Shown here one piece after another: positions 9,197 to 19,234 of a stretch of DNA of 64,000 nucleotides. The notes under the pieces are model-generated. The model did not search any database and was not told where the DNA came from. It saw only the letters and a program-made list of their open reading frames with translations. Source of the DNA: a virus; the IMG/VR virus record IMGVR_UViG_3300049845_000008, positions 9,811 through 73,810 of that record; one strand, written 5' to 3'. A program made the translations under genes and the position numbers. Every line of letters begins with the position of its first letter. Position 1 is the first letter of the stretch.

Positions 9197-9431
9197 TTGG
9201 ATACCCCGGCTGTCCTACAATCGGTGCGCCCATGTCCGAGTTTCCTGCGGATCCACCATAAGGAATGGTGAACACCAAATTGTATTTATCATTAGTGTAA
9301 AGTGCAACATGCTTTCCATCAGGGAAAATACGAATGCCGCGCCGACGCAGAACGAGCATAGGCGCAGGAATGGATTCATCCCTGAGTGCCTTATCCTCAT
9401 TCAACTTGGAACGTAGTTCGCGGAACTTCAT
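9189..9431 (-). CDS. Head-cluster hypothetical protein (probable start MKFRELRSKLNE)
   Basis: PMLVLRRRGIRIFPDGKHVALY motif; start at 9431 abuts the upstream stop. Confidence 0.65.
   Translation of the reverse strand: MKFRELRSKLNEDKALRDESIPAPMLVLRRRGIRIFPDGKHVALYTNDKYNLVFTIPYGGSAGNSDMGAPIVGQPGYPNG
9283..9289 (-). promoter_or_regulatory. Possible intragenic late promoter ATAAATA
   Basis: About 90 nt upstream of the gp68-like start. Confidence 0.4.
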
Positions 9432-9432
9432 G

Positions 9433-10353
9433 TTACTTGAATCTCTTGATGCGTTGCAGTGCTTGATTGAATTCGTTTGGATTGGCTTCAAGCGACTGTC
9501 CGAGCGGAACGCCAGACTGCGAAAGCGACTGCACAGCCTGTGCCTTCTGTGCGCCTAGCTTGCGCATGAGCATGTAGCCGGGAGCCTTTGGATTCTTGGC
9601 TGCGAGCTTGGAGAAGTCACGATGCCCTGCGGCTGCTTGCGTAGGGTTGATACCCTTGATTCGAAGCGTCTGCATCGCACGGCGAATGTTCGTCATGACA
9701 TTACGGTTGAGTGTAGCATTCGAAGGAGCAACGGCACTCTTCGAACCGCCCGACAGAACTTCGTCTAGCTGCGTGTCTTCGTTGACTCCTGCTGCTGCCA
9801 TGAACTTCGCACGATCAAATCGTGGGTTCTGCTGCTTGAACAGGGATGCATGGTGATTAGCCATTTCCTTGCGCTTTTCAGGATGTTCGATGCTCTTGAT
9901 CAGGTCTGCGGTCTGCTGAAAGTGCTTGCGAGTAGGACCGCCTTCTTCAAGGGTTTCTTCCTTGACAGCTTTTCTCTTGACAGCACTGCGAGCGTCCTTG
10001 ACGAACTTTGCGCCACGGTCAACATACTCCGCGCCTACACCACCGGGAACGCCACCCATGTTCTTGAAATACTTGCGTGCAGCCCCTTTGAGTTCCTGAC
10101 GATGCACGGAAACCTTATGTCCTAGTCCACCCTCATAGTCTTTGCCGATTGCGGAAACGTGACGAGTCCACCGACGCTGCGCGTCCATGCCCTGCCCTTC
10201 CTGTAGATCGTCCATGATGGTCGAAGCGAGTTCTACCTTGCGGACTTCCAGATGATCAGCCAAACGGTCTTGAATCATGGATTCAAAAGCGGAATTTGCT
10301 GCATCCTTGTTGTCTGCTGCAAGAGCGTTGATCAGGTGATTTGCTGTGGTCAT
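9433..10353 (-). CDS. gp67: gp67-like prohead core protein with long C-terminal extension
   Basis: N-terminal AF.SMIQDRL...LEVRKVELASTI gp67-type helix; follows the portal gene; several L-x-E sites. Confidence 0.6.
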   Translation of the reverse strand: MTTANHLINALAADNKDAANSAFESMIQDRLADHLEVRKVELASTIMDDLQEGQGMDAQRRWTRHVSAIGKDYEGGLGHKVSVHRQELKGAARKYFKNMGGVPGGVGAEYVDRGAKFVKDARSAVKRKAVKEETLEEGGPTRKHFQQTADLIKSIEHPEKRKEMANHHASLFKQQNPRFDRAKFMAAAGVNEDTQLDEVLSGGSKSAVAPSNATLNRNVMTNIRRAMQTLRIKGINPTQAAAGHRDFSKLAAKNPKAPGYMLMRKLGAQKAQAVQSLSQSGVPLGQSLEANPNEFNQALQRIKRFK

Positions 10354-11963
10354 TGTGGAACTCCGGAAGGTATGCCTGTATTTATGTTTGTTGGACTTCC
10401 TGCCTGTGGATTAGAACCCGCAAGAACCTGCTGCTTCGCCATTTCTGCCTGTGCCATGGCTGCGTAGATTTCCTGCTCTTCGGCAATCTCTTCATCCATC
10501 GTTTCGATTTCTTCTTCGGAAAGATGTAGAACGTTCTTCTTGATCCACTTCATCGAATAGTAAGTTCCGACATAAGGAACCAATCCGTTCAGAAGTGTGA
10601 CGCGAGAGGTTAGTAGTTCTGCGTCCTTTAGCTCAGAGAAGTTGTTGTCTTCAAGGTAGTCATAGTAGACGAATTCCTTGATCTGATCCCATTCTTCGTA
10701 GGATGCGATGCCCTTGAGCGCAAGCTGACGCTTCATCAGTTCATCGAACAGGGTAGAGAACTTAGCACGAATACGCTCAACGAACTTGTTGAACTTCAAC
10801 TCGTCGCGAGTAATCTCGTTGCTTCTGCCGATGGAGAATCCCTGCTGTGGTTCTAGGCGACCGACTGGCACGCCGAGCGAACGATAGAGAACCTGTTGGA
10901 AATACTTTACGTCGTCCAACTGTCCAAGTGTCTGTCCACCTTGCAGCGTAGTGATTTCGGTAGACTTACCTTCACCACGGCGAGGAATCCAGAAGTCTTC
11001 GATCATGGAAGTGAACTTACGGTCATCCTTGACTTCGCCAGTGTTCGCATCATAGACGATCTTGTTACGGAACTTCGTCATGATATCGTTCATGTACTGG
11101 TCAGCCTTCATCTTAGGCAGATTACCAACGTCGATGTAGAACACACGGCGTTCTGGTGCGCGGGACAGGCGATAGATTACCACCGCGTCTTCGATCATTC
11201 TAAGTTGATTTAGAGGCTTGATAGCCTTGTGCAGATAGGACAGAACCATGTTGCGTGATACGTCCATCAACCCGGAGTTGATGTTCACCACTGCGTCTTC
11301 TGCGATCTTCATGGATGCATCGACCGGCGACGACATGACCATGTTGCCACTCGTCATCGACTTGTCGTTGTACACATAGAAGTCTGCGTAGCCAGAAACA
11401 AACTCTACGCCTGTGCGCGGATCCTTGTTCTTGATGACCGTGCGAACCTTGCGGATCTTGCGCGGGTCGAGATAGACAAGTCCTATGATTCCGTTCTTTG
11501 GATTGGTTTCATCTATCTGTACCTGATAGAACAGGCGACCATCGACATACCAACGGCGGAAGATATCGTGTCCATTGTTGTCGAAGTCCAACATGCGTAA
11601 CAGAGACTTGAACTCTTCGCGCAGCATGTTCTTGATGGATTCGGATTGCTTGAGTTCATCAAGCACAATCTCAACAGACATACCCTTTTCGTCGTGGACG
11701 ATTGCTTCGTTGACGATTTCATCGATGGCTGCTTCCACTTCGGGTTGCATAGCCATGGTGCGATAACGAGAGATTAGCTCGTTCTCGTTCTTGAATGCGG
11801 ACTCTAGATTGAGGTAGGTGCCATAGTAGCCACCGAGAGCGCCTGCGTTGATGACGTATGCGCCATCATCTGTCTGTGGCGGTGCGATAGCGGGTGCTTG
11901 GGCAACTACGGTGTCGTTTTCCGCTGCCCGAGTGATCTGCCAACCGAATAGGTTAATAGCCAT
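10350..11963 (-). CDS. gp20: Portal vertex protein
   Basis: IFRRWYVDGR, SYLHKAIKPLNQLRMIEDAVVIYRLSRAPERRVFYIDVGNLPK. Confidence 0.98.
   Translation of the reverse strand: MAINLFGWQITRAAENDTVVAQAPAIAPPQTDDGAYVINAGALGGYYGTYLNLESAFKNENELISRYRTMAMQPEVEAAIDEIVNEAIVHDEKGMSVEIVLDELKQSESIKNMLREEFKSLLRMLDFDNNGHDIFRRWYVDGRLFYQVQIDETNPKNGIIGLVYLDPRKIRKVRTVIKNKDPRTGVEFVSGYADFYVYNDKSMTSGNMVMSSPVDASMKIAEDAVVNINSGLMDVSRNMVLSYLHKAIKPLNQLRMIEDAVVIYRLSRAPERRVFYIDVGNLPKMKADQYMNDIMTKFRNKIVYDANTGEVKDDRKFTSMIEDFWIPRRGEGKSTEITTLQGGQTLGQLDDVKYFQQVLYRSLGVPVGRLEPQQGFSIGRSNEITRDELKFNKFVERIRAKFSTLFDELMKRQLALKGIASYEEWDQIKEFVYYDYLEDNNFSELKDAELLTSRVTLLNGLVPYVGTYYSMKWIKKNVLHLSEEEIETMDEEIAEEQEIYAAMAQAEMAKQQVLAGSNPQAGSPTNINTGIPSGVPQ
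10379..10385 (-). promoter_or_regulatory. Late promoter ATAAATA (gp67-like), inside the gp20 3' end
   Basis: 25 nt upstream of the 10353 start. Confidence 0.6.
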
Positions 11964-11985
11964 GCGTTACTCCATATCAAAGGAA

Positions 11986-12015
11986 GGGTGCGTTGACCTT
12001 GGGATCAACGCACCC
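11986..12015 (-). terminator. Hairpin/terminator between gp19 and gp20
   Basis: 11-bp stem GGGTGCGTTGA...TCAACGCACCC followed by TTCCTTT. Confidence 0.65.
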
Positions 12016-12023
12016 ATTTCAAG

Positions 12024-12611
12024 TTAAGCCGACTTCTGAGGAACAGCCGAGCGAGTGTCGTCACTCTCCCAATACTGGTACGAAAGGGTTACTGAGAACT
12101 CTTCGACCGCATCGTTGCTGCCCCAATCAAGATCGATTGCTGCGAGGTCATTAGGGAACATACCAACGAAGCGATACTTCTTGATAGGCGTTCCACCAGC
12201 CTTCGAATACTGGTACACTTCTGCATCGACAGCGTAGGACGTTCCCGGCGTGAGTGGCGAAGTGCTGACTGCACCCGGCTCACGGAGGTTGGTCTTGTTG
12301 CCGTTGATACCACGGTGCCAACGTTCAAATGCGTTGCGGATCGTGAAGTCTTCGTCGTTGATGACTGTGACTGACCAATCAGCGAAGGTACGGTTGCCTG
12401 CGACCTTGACTTCGCGACCGAAGTAAGGCACGGTGACTGCGCCCAAAGTCGAGCCGGGAAGCTGCGCGGTCTTCACGAAGAATCGTGAGAGTGCCGATGC
12501 TTGGCTTCCAAGCTGAACGAACGTTGGGAACTGCAACACAACTTCGAAGAGGTTGGGACGCGCACCATCGAACTGCATGGCTGTTCTGAAATTGTCTACG
12601 TTAAATGACAT
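12024..12611 (-). CDS. gp19: Tail tube protein
   Basis: GARPNLFEV, GREVKVAGNRTFADWSVTVINDEDF, EEFSVTLSYQYW. Confidence 0.96.
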   Translation of the reverse strand: MSFNVDNFRTAMQFDGARPNLFEVVLQFPTFVQLGSQASALSRFFVKTAQLPGSTLGAVTVPYFGREVKVAGNRTFADWSVTVINDEDFTIRNAFERWHRGINGNKTNLREPGAVSTSPLTPGTSYAVDAEVYQYSKAGGTPIKKYRFVGMFPNDLAAIDLDWGSNDAVEEFSVTLSYQYWESDDTRSAVPQKSA

Positions 12612-12639
12612 TTGTTTCTACTCCTGTGAGCCTGTTAGC

Positions 12640-12646
12640 TATTTAT
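12640..12646 (-). promoter_or_regulatory. Late promoter ATAAATA (gp19)
   Basis: At the gp18 stop, followed by AGGAG. Confidence 0.7.
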
Positions 12647-14361
12647 CAGAACTTGCCGACGACTTCTTCAAAGGCGACACCCGTGCGGACTGCGACGAAG
12701 TTCAACTGGATAAAGTTGATCGACTTAGCAGGCTTGACGTAGATATCACCAATGAACTCGTTACGGTCAATGACTTCTGCGGTGTTGTTGGTTTCGTCGC
12801 AGACTACGCGATAGTCGTAGATACCACGGCGACCCTGAACGGTACGCAGGAATGGCTCAACCAAGTTCACGAACTGTGCGCGAGTGAATTCATCGTTGAA
12901 CTCAAACAGCGAGGAACGTGCGGCTTTCGCAATGCTCTTCTCAAGAACGATGAACAGACGGCGAACGTTGATTCGGTCGAATGCGCTTGGGCGTCCGAGA
13001 AGCGTCTTGTCACCATAGAGAAGTGTGCCTTCACCGGGATTCGAAATGACAGGGTTAATGCCATTCTTGTATAGCTCGTCGCGGTTAGCCTTGTTAGGGC
13101 TGTAGGCTAGCTTGATGACGTTCTTGATCTGTCCGCGAGTCAGACCCGCAGGCGAGAACCAAGGGTCACGATCCGTGTCGGTGCGTGCGCATAGACCGGC
13201 GATATCGCCGTTCAGTGGAATCCAACGGTACGTATCGTTGTACTTGTCGTACATGTACTTCCAACCAGAGTCCATGACTACGTAGGAAGACGAGAGGTTC
13301 GACAGTGCATTGTTACGGTAGTTGATGACAGCCGTGGTTGCGTCCGAAGCCTGTACGTTTGCGAGTGCAGGCGAGAGGAACAACACTGCGTCCTTACGGT
13401 TCTCAACGGTCGAAGCAGCCGACAGTGCCACAGTCTGTGAGTGTCCTGCACCCATGACTAGGGAAACGTCGATCTTCTCAGCGTTACCGATCAGGTCATA
13501 GCCGCGAATAACGTCACCATCGGTGAGGGTGATATCCGAGCCATTCGTGAACGTGTAATCATTCTGAGTGTTGTCGTTCTTCGTGGTCTGGTAGGAAGAG
13601 GTTGCGTTAGCGACCGTGTTCCAGTTATCGACAACCGTTCCGGATGCCTGTAGAGGCAGACCGGTGATGAGGATGTACTTCGACTTACGGAAGATTACGT
13701 CCTTCCAGTAGATCGATTCGCCCTGCTCGTTCTTGGCATTCGTAGCCTTGGAGAGATTTGCGAACTTCTCAAGTACCGTGTTAGCAACACCCGTGATGGA
13801 GCCGTCTTCGTCCACAACGACAAGGTGCAATTCGTCGTTAGCCGTTGCGTTGCCGAAGGAGCTAGACACAAAGTAGGAAGTGCCGGGTGCCTTATCGAAC
13901 AGGCTACCGTATGCCCAAGTTCCGAGCGAAGTGTTCGCTAGAAGACTGAGCTTGAGGGTGTTGCCCTTACCACCGGGATAGCGTGCGATTGCTACCGAGT
14001 TGGTAATCGTGTTGAGGGATGAATTAGCTTCATACGCTTCTTCGTTAGGGCAGTACACAGCCGTCATGACACCCGTGTTGGCGTATGCGTTACGCGAACC
14101 GGTGTTTGCTGTACGGACAACGCGGAGGTCGCCTGCGTAAGCAAGGAAGCTTGCTGCGGTGAAGAAGGTCGGTGCGGAGTTGGTCGATGGCTTACCAAAC
14201 GTCGAGGCTAGCTCGTTTTCATTGGTAATTTGGCGAACGGACTCAACCGGACCCCAATCGAACGGACCCGCGACGGCTCCCGAAGAAGTCGATACGGCAG
14301 GGATTACCGTAGTTAGATCAATTTCGGAAGTGTTGATGCCGGGAGATACTTGAAATGTCAT
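12646..14361 (-). CDS. gp18: Contractile tail sheath protein
   Basis: VSPGINTSEIDLT, PWFSPAG..RG, SAFDRINVRRLF, IYVKPAKSINFIQLNFVA. Confidence 0.97.
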   Translation of the reverse strand: MTFQVSPGINTSEIDLTTVIPAVSTSSGAVAGPFDWGPVESVRQITNENELASTFGKPSTNSAPTFFTAASFLAYAGDLRVVRTANTGSRNAYANTGVMTAVYCPNEEAYEANSSLNTITNSVAIARYPGGKGNTLKLSLLANTSLGTWAYGSLFDKAPGTSYFVSSSFGNATANDELHLVVVDEDGSITGVANTVLEKFANLSKATNAKNEQGESIYWKDVIFRKSKYILITGLPLQASGTVVDNWNTVANATSSYQTTKNDNTQNDYTFTNGSDITLTDGDVIRGYDLIGNAEKIDVSLVMGAGHSQTVALSAASTVENRKDAVLFLSPALANVQASDATTAVINYRNNALSNLSSSYVVMDSGWKYMYDKYNDTYRWIPLNGDIAGLCARTDTDRDPWFSPAGLTRGQIKNVIKLAYSPNKANRDELYKNGINPVISNPGEGTLLYGDKTLLGRPSAFDRINVRRLFIVLEKSIAKAARSSLFEFNDEFTRAQFVNLVEPFLRTVQGRRGIYDYRVVCDETNNTAEVIDRNEFIGDIYVKPAKSINFIQLNFVAVRTGVAFEEVVGKF

Positions 14362-14401
14362 GAGGGTCTACTCCTGATAAGAGGAATTCGGAATTGCTGA
14401 T

Positions 14402-14408
14402 TATTTAG
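14402..14408 (-). promoter_or_regulatory. Late promoter CTAAATA (gp18)
   Basis: Intergenic, followed by an AGGAG RBS. Confidence 0.7.
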
Positions 14409-14413
14409 GTTTT

Positions 14414-16048
14414 CTAGTGGTTCACTATTTCCCATACACTACCCTCTTCGACGTATCTGGAATCGGCTGAATCCTGTCCGTCGTTGTATAGGGGTGATGG
14501 GAGCATTTGGTTGTCGATCTGTGCCATCTGTTCTCGGTAGAGCTTTTCCTTGATATTGGTGTTGCAAAGGTCCGAAAAGAACGGTTGGTTGGTCATCCAA
14601 GAAAACAGAACTAGGCACATTACGAGGTCATCGTTTGACCCCTCATCCGCTTCGTAACTGTTGCGCTTATTTATGAAAGTTGAGAGTTCCGAAATGATGT
14701 TGAAGTCTTGGAACGTCAACTGGTAGGACTCAATCAGGGACTTCATGAGGGAACAGCCGAGCCGCTTGACGCTCTTTGTGGTAATGATACCACGGGCTGC
14801 ACCGGTTCCACCCATTGCCCAAGACAGGACGACCTTGTTCTTGGATACCTGAGTGGAGAGGATGTTCTCATACTCGTAGTCATCGAACAGGGAGTCCACC
14901 ACCTGTTGCCCGTTGTCGTTGATTTCGACCAGAGCATAGGCTTCGTTATACCACTTAGCCATCTTAGCGATAATGGAAGGGTACAGGATAGGACTAATAT
15001 CGTTGTCCTTGTAGGTACAGACGACCCTATATGGAATCTCGGTTACATCGATAATCACGAATGCGGAATAGTCAAGCCCCTTTCCACGCGAAGTATCCGC
15101 GACGAGTACGTATTTCCGCCCCTTCTGAGGCTTCTCGTAGAAGCACAGCCCGACGATTCCTTCGAAGGTTTCAGGCTTGACAAACGCAAGAGTCTTCAAG
15201 ACTCTTCCTGAAATTAGAGTTCCGGACGAGCCGTGGAACTCGCACTCCATTTCCTGCATGTATTTTTCGTCACCGAGGGCTTTCCGCTGCCGCTCTGCCC
15301 ATTCTGCCGTGCGCCCCGGAACCGAACGCCAGTTGGCATCGATGGTCTTGAAGCCGTTGCGCCCTTCGATAGCGTCGATCCACATCTTGTAGTAGTGATT
15401 CATGCCGTTTGGCGTGGAGGATATGAGGATCTTGGCTGTCTCACCCGAGGTGATGGTTGGATAGACCGAGGTGAAGAACTCTTCGGCAATGTTGTTTGGG
15501 ACGAACGCGAATTCGTCCAGATACAGGAAGTTGATAGACCAACCACGGATGGCTGACGATGCGGTAGAGTCTGCAAGGACGCGGGACATGTTCTCTAGCT
15601 CAATGTCACCCTTGTTCCAGACGCGAACGCCTTGCTGAATCCAGTGAGGAAGCTCTTCATAGGCTACCTTGATACGGTTGAGGATTTCGCGAGCGGTCTT
15701 AGCTTTGTTGGCTAGAATAGCAACCGTCTTGGCTTCATGGAACAGGACGTACCAGAGAATGATACCCACGGTCAGCGTTGTCTTACCGATCTGGCGACCG
15801 GCTTTGATGATGACCTGACGATTGTTGACGATGACCGGAACCGCATCTTTCTGGTATGGATACAGGTCGATGTTCACCAAACCCTTGTCCAGAGTGATGA
15901 TCTTGACGTAGCGATTGATGAAGTATTCGGCGTCGGTGGCGCAGCGAACGTATTCGTTCACCTGATCCTGCGTCATCTTTTGTTGGACCCCTACCCTCTT
16001 TAGCTTTTTGTTGCCGAGGTAGGGGCGAAAGTCAATGATATCAACCAT
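14414..16048 (-). CDS. gp17: Terminase large subunit
   Basis: RQIGKTT Walker A, YLDEFAFV, STPNGMNHYY, D.SRG.G.DYSAF, NDDLVM. Confidence 0.98.
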   Translation of the reverse strand: MVDIIDFRPYLGNKKLKRVGVQQKMTQDQVNEYVRCATDAEYFINRYVKIITLDKGLVNIDLYPYQKDAVPVIVNNRQVIIKAGRQIGKTTLTVGIILWYVLFHEAKTVAILANKAKTAREILNRIKVAYEELPHWIQQGVRVWNKGDIELENMSRVLADSTASSAIRGWSINFLYLDEFAFVPNNIAEEFFTSVYPTITSGETAKILISSTPNGMNHYYKMWIDAIEGRNGFKTIDANWRSVPGRTAEWAERQRKALGDEKYMQEMECEFHGSSGTLISGRVLKTLAFVKPETFEGIVGLCFYEKPQKGRKYVLVADTSRGKGLDYSAFVIIDVTEIPYRVVCTYKDNDISPILYPSIIAKMAKWYNEAYALVEINDNGQQVVDSLFDDYEYENILSTQVSKNKVVLSWAMGGTGAARGIITTKSVKRLGCSLMKSLIESYQLTFQDFNIISELSTFINKRNSYEADEGSNDDLVMCLVLFSWMTNQPFFSDLCNTNIKEKLYREQMAQIDNQMLPSPLYNDGQDSADSRYVEEGSVWEIVNH

Positions 16049-16475
16049 TCTTGATCTGCTTCAACAGGTCTGCGGTGGAGCCGGTGAATACAGCCTTGTC
16101 AATGTTTACGGTCTGCTGAGTGGGCGCAGGACCGCCTTCTCTGCCGTCGAGCGCCTTCTTCTTTTCGTGCAAGATCATGAGCTTGTCTGCCATGTCGGAC
16201 AGATTCTTGAGTAGCCCCGATGCGACTTCATACGCACGCGGATGCTGCGATTCCTTAGCCACCTTGAGGAGTTCTGGCAGTGCGTCCTGTCCTTGCTCTA
16301 GAAGGTCGCGATGAAGATTGCGAGTGTACTCATAGTCATATTCCACATCACGATTAGTGTCTGGAACCGGGTCCGACGCAACCACCACGGGATGCTCTTC
16401 CACCGGGACGACTTCATTCACAACCTCCGGAACGATTTCCAGAATGGTGTTGAGATTCTGTTCTACTTCACTCAT
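16041..16475 (-). CDS. gp16: Terminase small subunit
   Basis: DYEYTR, ESQHPRAYEVA, AVFTGSTADL. Confidence 0.95.
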   Translation of the reverse strand: MSEVEQNLNTILEIVPEVVNEVVPVEEHPVVVASDPVPDTNRDVEYDYEYTRNLHRDLLEQGQDALPELLKVAKESQHPRAYEVASGLLKNLSDMADKLMILHEKKKALDGREGGPAPTQQTVNIDKAVFTGSTADLLKQIKNG

Positions 16476-17488
16476 TACATGTACTCTGTGATATTGGTGG
16501 AGAAGCCAAACGCTTCTTCGATACTGTTGGCAGTGTTAGGAATTGGCTCGACTGTGATGTTGACTAACTGGTTTGGATCCGTGGAATAGGACACCACGTT
16601 ATATCTAGCTCCCGAAGCAGCGCCCACCAGAATAGTATTCGGACGGAAGGTGCCATTGGTATCGTAGACGATCATGGTGTTCGAAGTCTCATTCCAATTA
16701 CGAACATAGGCGGTGGCTGTGGCTTCTGAAACGTCCGGTCCCTGATAGACCAGTTCGTTGTACTTGTAGGTTCCGCAATCCGTATTCGCCACGGACGGAG
16801 CAAGCACAATCTCACGCAATGGATTAGTCTCAAAGGTGGCATCGTACACGTTCGCGGTGGCTTTCTTGATAGGGCGAATGTCTGCGATAGGTCCGAAGAG
16901 ATAGCCCTTTGCGGTGAAGTTCAGCGTCCAGATGATGCTTCGCGTAGACTCAGGATCACCTTCATGCGAGTCATCGTAGGTAATGGAGTTGAACACAATC
17001 GGAACGTCGAGTTTCATGTCGTTGATGCCGACGAAATCCAGAGTCACGGTGTAGTCGGGCGTGAAGTAGGGAAGAATTTGCTCGACCAACTGTGCACCGT
17101 CTTCCGTGTTACGCACGAAGATGTACAGGTTGAAGTCGAAGTTGTATGGAGTGTAGCGTGCTTTCTTCAAGCCGAGAGGAAGCCCCTCTGCGAACTGCTC
17201 TGAGAAGTTGCTGACCTTGCGCAGCGGATCATACGAGATACCGTTCATTTCGAATGCCATGCGCGGCAGCGTGAGGTTCATTGGATTCACGAAGTCGGGT
17301 GAACTGCTGATGCGCATGTAGAACTTTTCCTTCGATGCGTACATCAGAGGAACCGTGACACGCTCAATCTCAATGTCCGAGTTGGTGGACTGATCGTAGC
17401 GCACAAGCCGCATGTCATTGAACAGCGATCCGAAAGCCACTACGAGCTTACGAATGATGCGATGATAGTAGTGAGTTTGTGCGAGCAT
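16475..17488 (-). CDS. gp15: Tail sheath stabiliser/terminator
   Basis: YYHRIIRKLVVAFGSLFND, LPRMAFEM, QLVEQILPYFTP, WTLNFTAKGYLFGP. Confidence 0.95.
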   Translation of the reverse strand: MLAQTHYYHRIIRKLVVAFGSLFNDMRLVRYDQSTNSDIEIERVTVPLMYASKEKFYMRISSSPDFVNPMNLTLPRMAFEMNGISYDPLRKVSNFSEQFAEGLPLGLKKARYTPYNFDFNLYIFVRNTEDGAQLVEQILPYFTPDYTVTLDFVGINDMKLDVPIVFNSITYDDSHEGDPESTRSIIWTLNFTAKGYLFGPIADIRPIKKATANVYDATFETNPLREIVLAPSVANTDCGTYKYNELVYQGPDVSEATATAYVRNWNETSNTMIVYDTNGTFRPNTILVGAASGARYNVVSYSTDPNQLVNITVEPIPNTANSIEEAFGFSTNITEYM

Positions 17489-18360
17489 TATGGGCTACCA
17501 AATGGATTAGACTCAGAGAAGTCGAGGTAGTTGTTGGCTTCCTCTTCGATGATTTCGTTGTCGCCAATCTCACCCTGCGGAATCGTCGCATTGTAGAGAA
17601 CGTTGTAGTCGGTCAGTGTGGCTGTCGCATTGGAGGTTAGACCAGTGATGACACCGTTAGCCACGAACTCGCCACGGATATTGCGCAGCCGCAGAATACC
17701 TTCCGGACGATCATACTTCACCACGATGCCAAAGATATTGGATCCGGTGTTCGCACCTTGGAATGCAACCTCACCGCGTTCGAAAGAAGCGGTCGAAGTT
17801 GGAGCCACGTTGTATTGTAGCGAAAGCGCGGATTCGTCACCCATGAGGTCAATCTCTTCGATGCCTGTGTTGATGAACTCGCCGTTGTACTTGAAGGTTT
17901 CAAGCGAGAGAACATACATGTAAGGAATGACCTTGCCCAACTGATAGAACGATGCGTCCTTTTCCACGAATCTAATTTCCATTAGCTTTCGCTGAGTCGG
18001 CATGAAGATCAGGTCGCCTTCCTTTGGCAGCACGCGCAGGGAAGTCGGCACGTACTTTTCGAACGTGCGACGAGCCATAGCCAATCGTGCGGTCTTTTCG
18101 ATCTGCAAACCGAACTTGGAGAAGAATTCCTGCTGTCCACCGAAGTCCTGAAACGTTTCAAGGTACATGTCGATCTTGATGGCTTGATCGTAATACTTGA
18201 CCGGATCATCACCAAACAGGGAGTCGAGAATGCCCTGCGAAGTGCGCGGCAGATAGTATACGTCGATGCCATGATTGCGAATGCTCTCAATGACAAGATC
18301 CTCAAGGAGCATCTGCTCCCGAGTGGCGTTCTGATTGTTGAAATAGACGCTAGTAGGCAT
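17488..18360 (-). CDS. gp14: Neck protein
   Basis: EDLVIESI..HGIDVYYLPR, PKEGDLI, FYQLGK, LDFSESNPFG. Confidence 0.95.
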   Translation of the reverse strand: MPTSVYFNNQNATREQMLLEDLVIESIRNHGIDVYYLPRTSQGILDSLFGDDPVKYYDQAIKIDMYLETFQDFGGQQEFFSKFGLQIEKTARLAMARRTFEKYVPTSLRVLPKEGDLIFMPTQRKLMEIRFVEKDASFYQLGKVIPYMYVLSLETFKYNGEFINTGIEEIDLMGDESALSLQYNVAPTSTASFERGEVAFQGANTGSNIFGIVVKYDRPEGILRLRNIRGEFVANGVITGLTSNATATLTDYNVLYNATIPQGEIGDNEIIEEEANNYLDFSESNPFGSP

Positions 18361-18363
18361 GGC

Positions 18364-19188
18364 TTATCCTACGAGAAAATCTGGTGGCATTTCCCATGTG
18401 CTTCGAAGTTGTTCTTCTAGGCGAATGATATCGGCTACAGCCTCTTCGTAGATGCCTTGCCCGTTGATGATCATACCTCCCGGCAATGTGTAGTTACCGT
18501 ACTTCTTCATGTTCTCGCCCCACTGCTTCTTGATAAGCTGCGTAGAGTATTCCTTGAGCCACTCGTCGTTGTAGACCTTGGGGAAGTCCACGGGTTCGAT
18601 GACGCGGGTGCATTCGATCATGAGGTAGGTGTCAGCCGGAACTTCTGGCGCATTCCAGTGCATATCGATGTAGAGCCTGCCCATGTGCTTGCTGAACCGA
18701 ATCGGGTTCTGCCCGATAAGAATCATTTCCAACATGCGAATGTGGGTACGGGCAATCCAGTAATACTGGTAGGATGAACTGGTGAATTCGTAGAGTTCGT
18801 TCAGGCGCAACTGGTAGTTCAGGTCAAAGATATTGAAATTAGCACTAGAGCCGCCACCCGAAATGACTTCGCCGGTCAGAGGGAAGATGCGATTAACACC
18901 GACAACCCCTTCTGGCAGCGGAACCCAACCGTAACTGGAATTAGCGACTGTCGAGTTAGCCGAGGTCGCAGAAGCCACGTTGCTGCCGTTCGCCAACATG
19001 TCCGCAGTCATCTTGATGGCTAGGTAGTCGGGGAAGGTCGCATCGTAGTGGAACTGGACGTACTTCTGCAACGCATCGTCAATCCGGTCATCGACCTGAT
19101 CTTCGTCTACGTTAATGTCAATGACTGGAAAGCCTAGCTTGCGTAGGCAGTAGTCCTTGAGTGATGCTTTGTCGGTTGGTTTTGCCAT
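18364..19188 (-). CDS. gp13: Neck protein
   Basis: LKDYCLRKLGFPVIDINVDEDQVDDRIDDALQ, WLKEY...LIKKQWGENMKKY...LPGG. Confidence 0.95.
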   Translation of the reverse strand: MAKPTDKASLKDYCLRKLGFPVIDINVDEDQVDDRIDDALQKYVQFHYDATFPDYLAIKMTADMLANGSNVASATSANSTVANSSYGWVPLPEGVVGVNRIFPLTGEVISGGGSSANFNIFDLNYQLRLNELYEFTSSSYQYYWIARTHIRMLEMILIGQNPIRFSKHMGRLYIDMHWNAPEVPADTYLMIECTRVIEPVDFPKVYNDEWLKEYSTQLIKKQWGENMKKYGNYTLPGGMIINGQGIYEEAVADIIRLEEQLRSTWEMPPDFLVG

Positions 19189-19227
19189 CGGGTTCTGTCC
19201 CTGTGGATGCTGTGAGGTGTGGTGAAT

Positions 19228-19234
19228 TATTTAG
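19228..19234 (-). promoter_or_regulatory. Late promoter CTAAATA (gp13-gp17)
   Basis: Overlaps the stop of the upstream ORF. Confidence 0.7.

Noticed and set aside
14668-14674. ATAAATA inside gp17
   Set aside because: About 300 nt from the next start, which has its own box; may be chance
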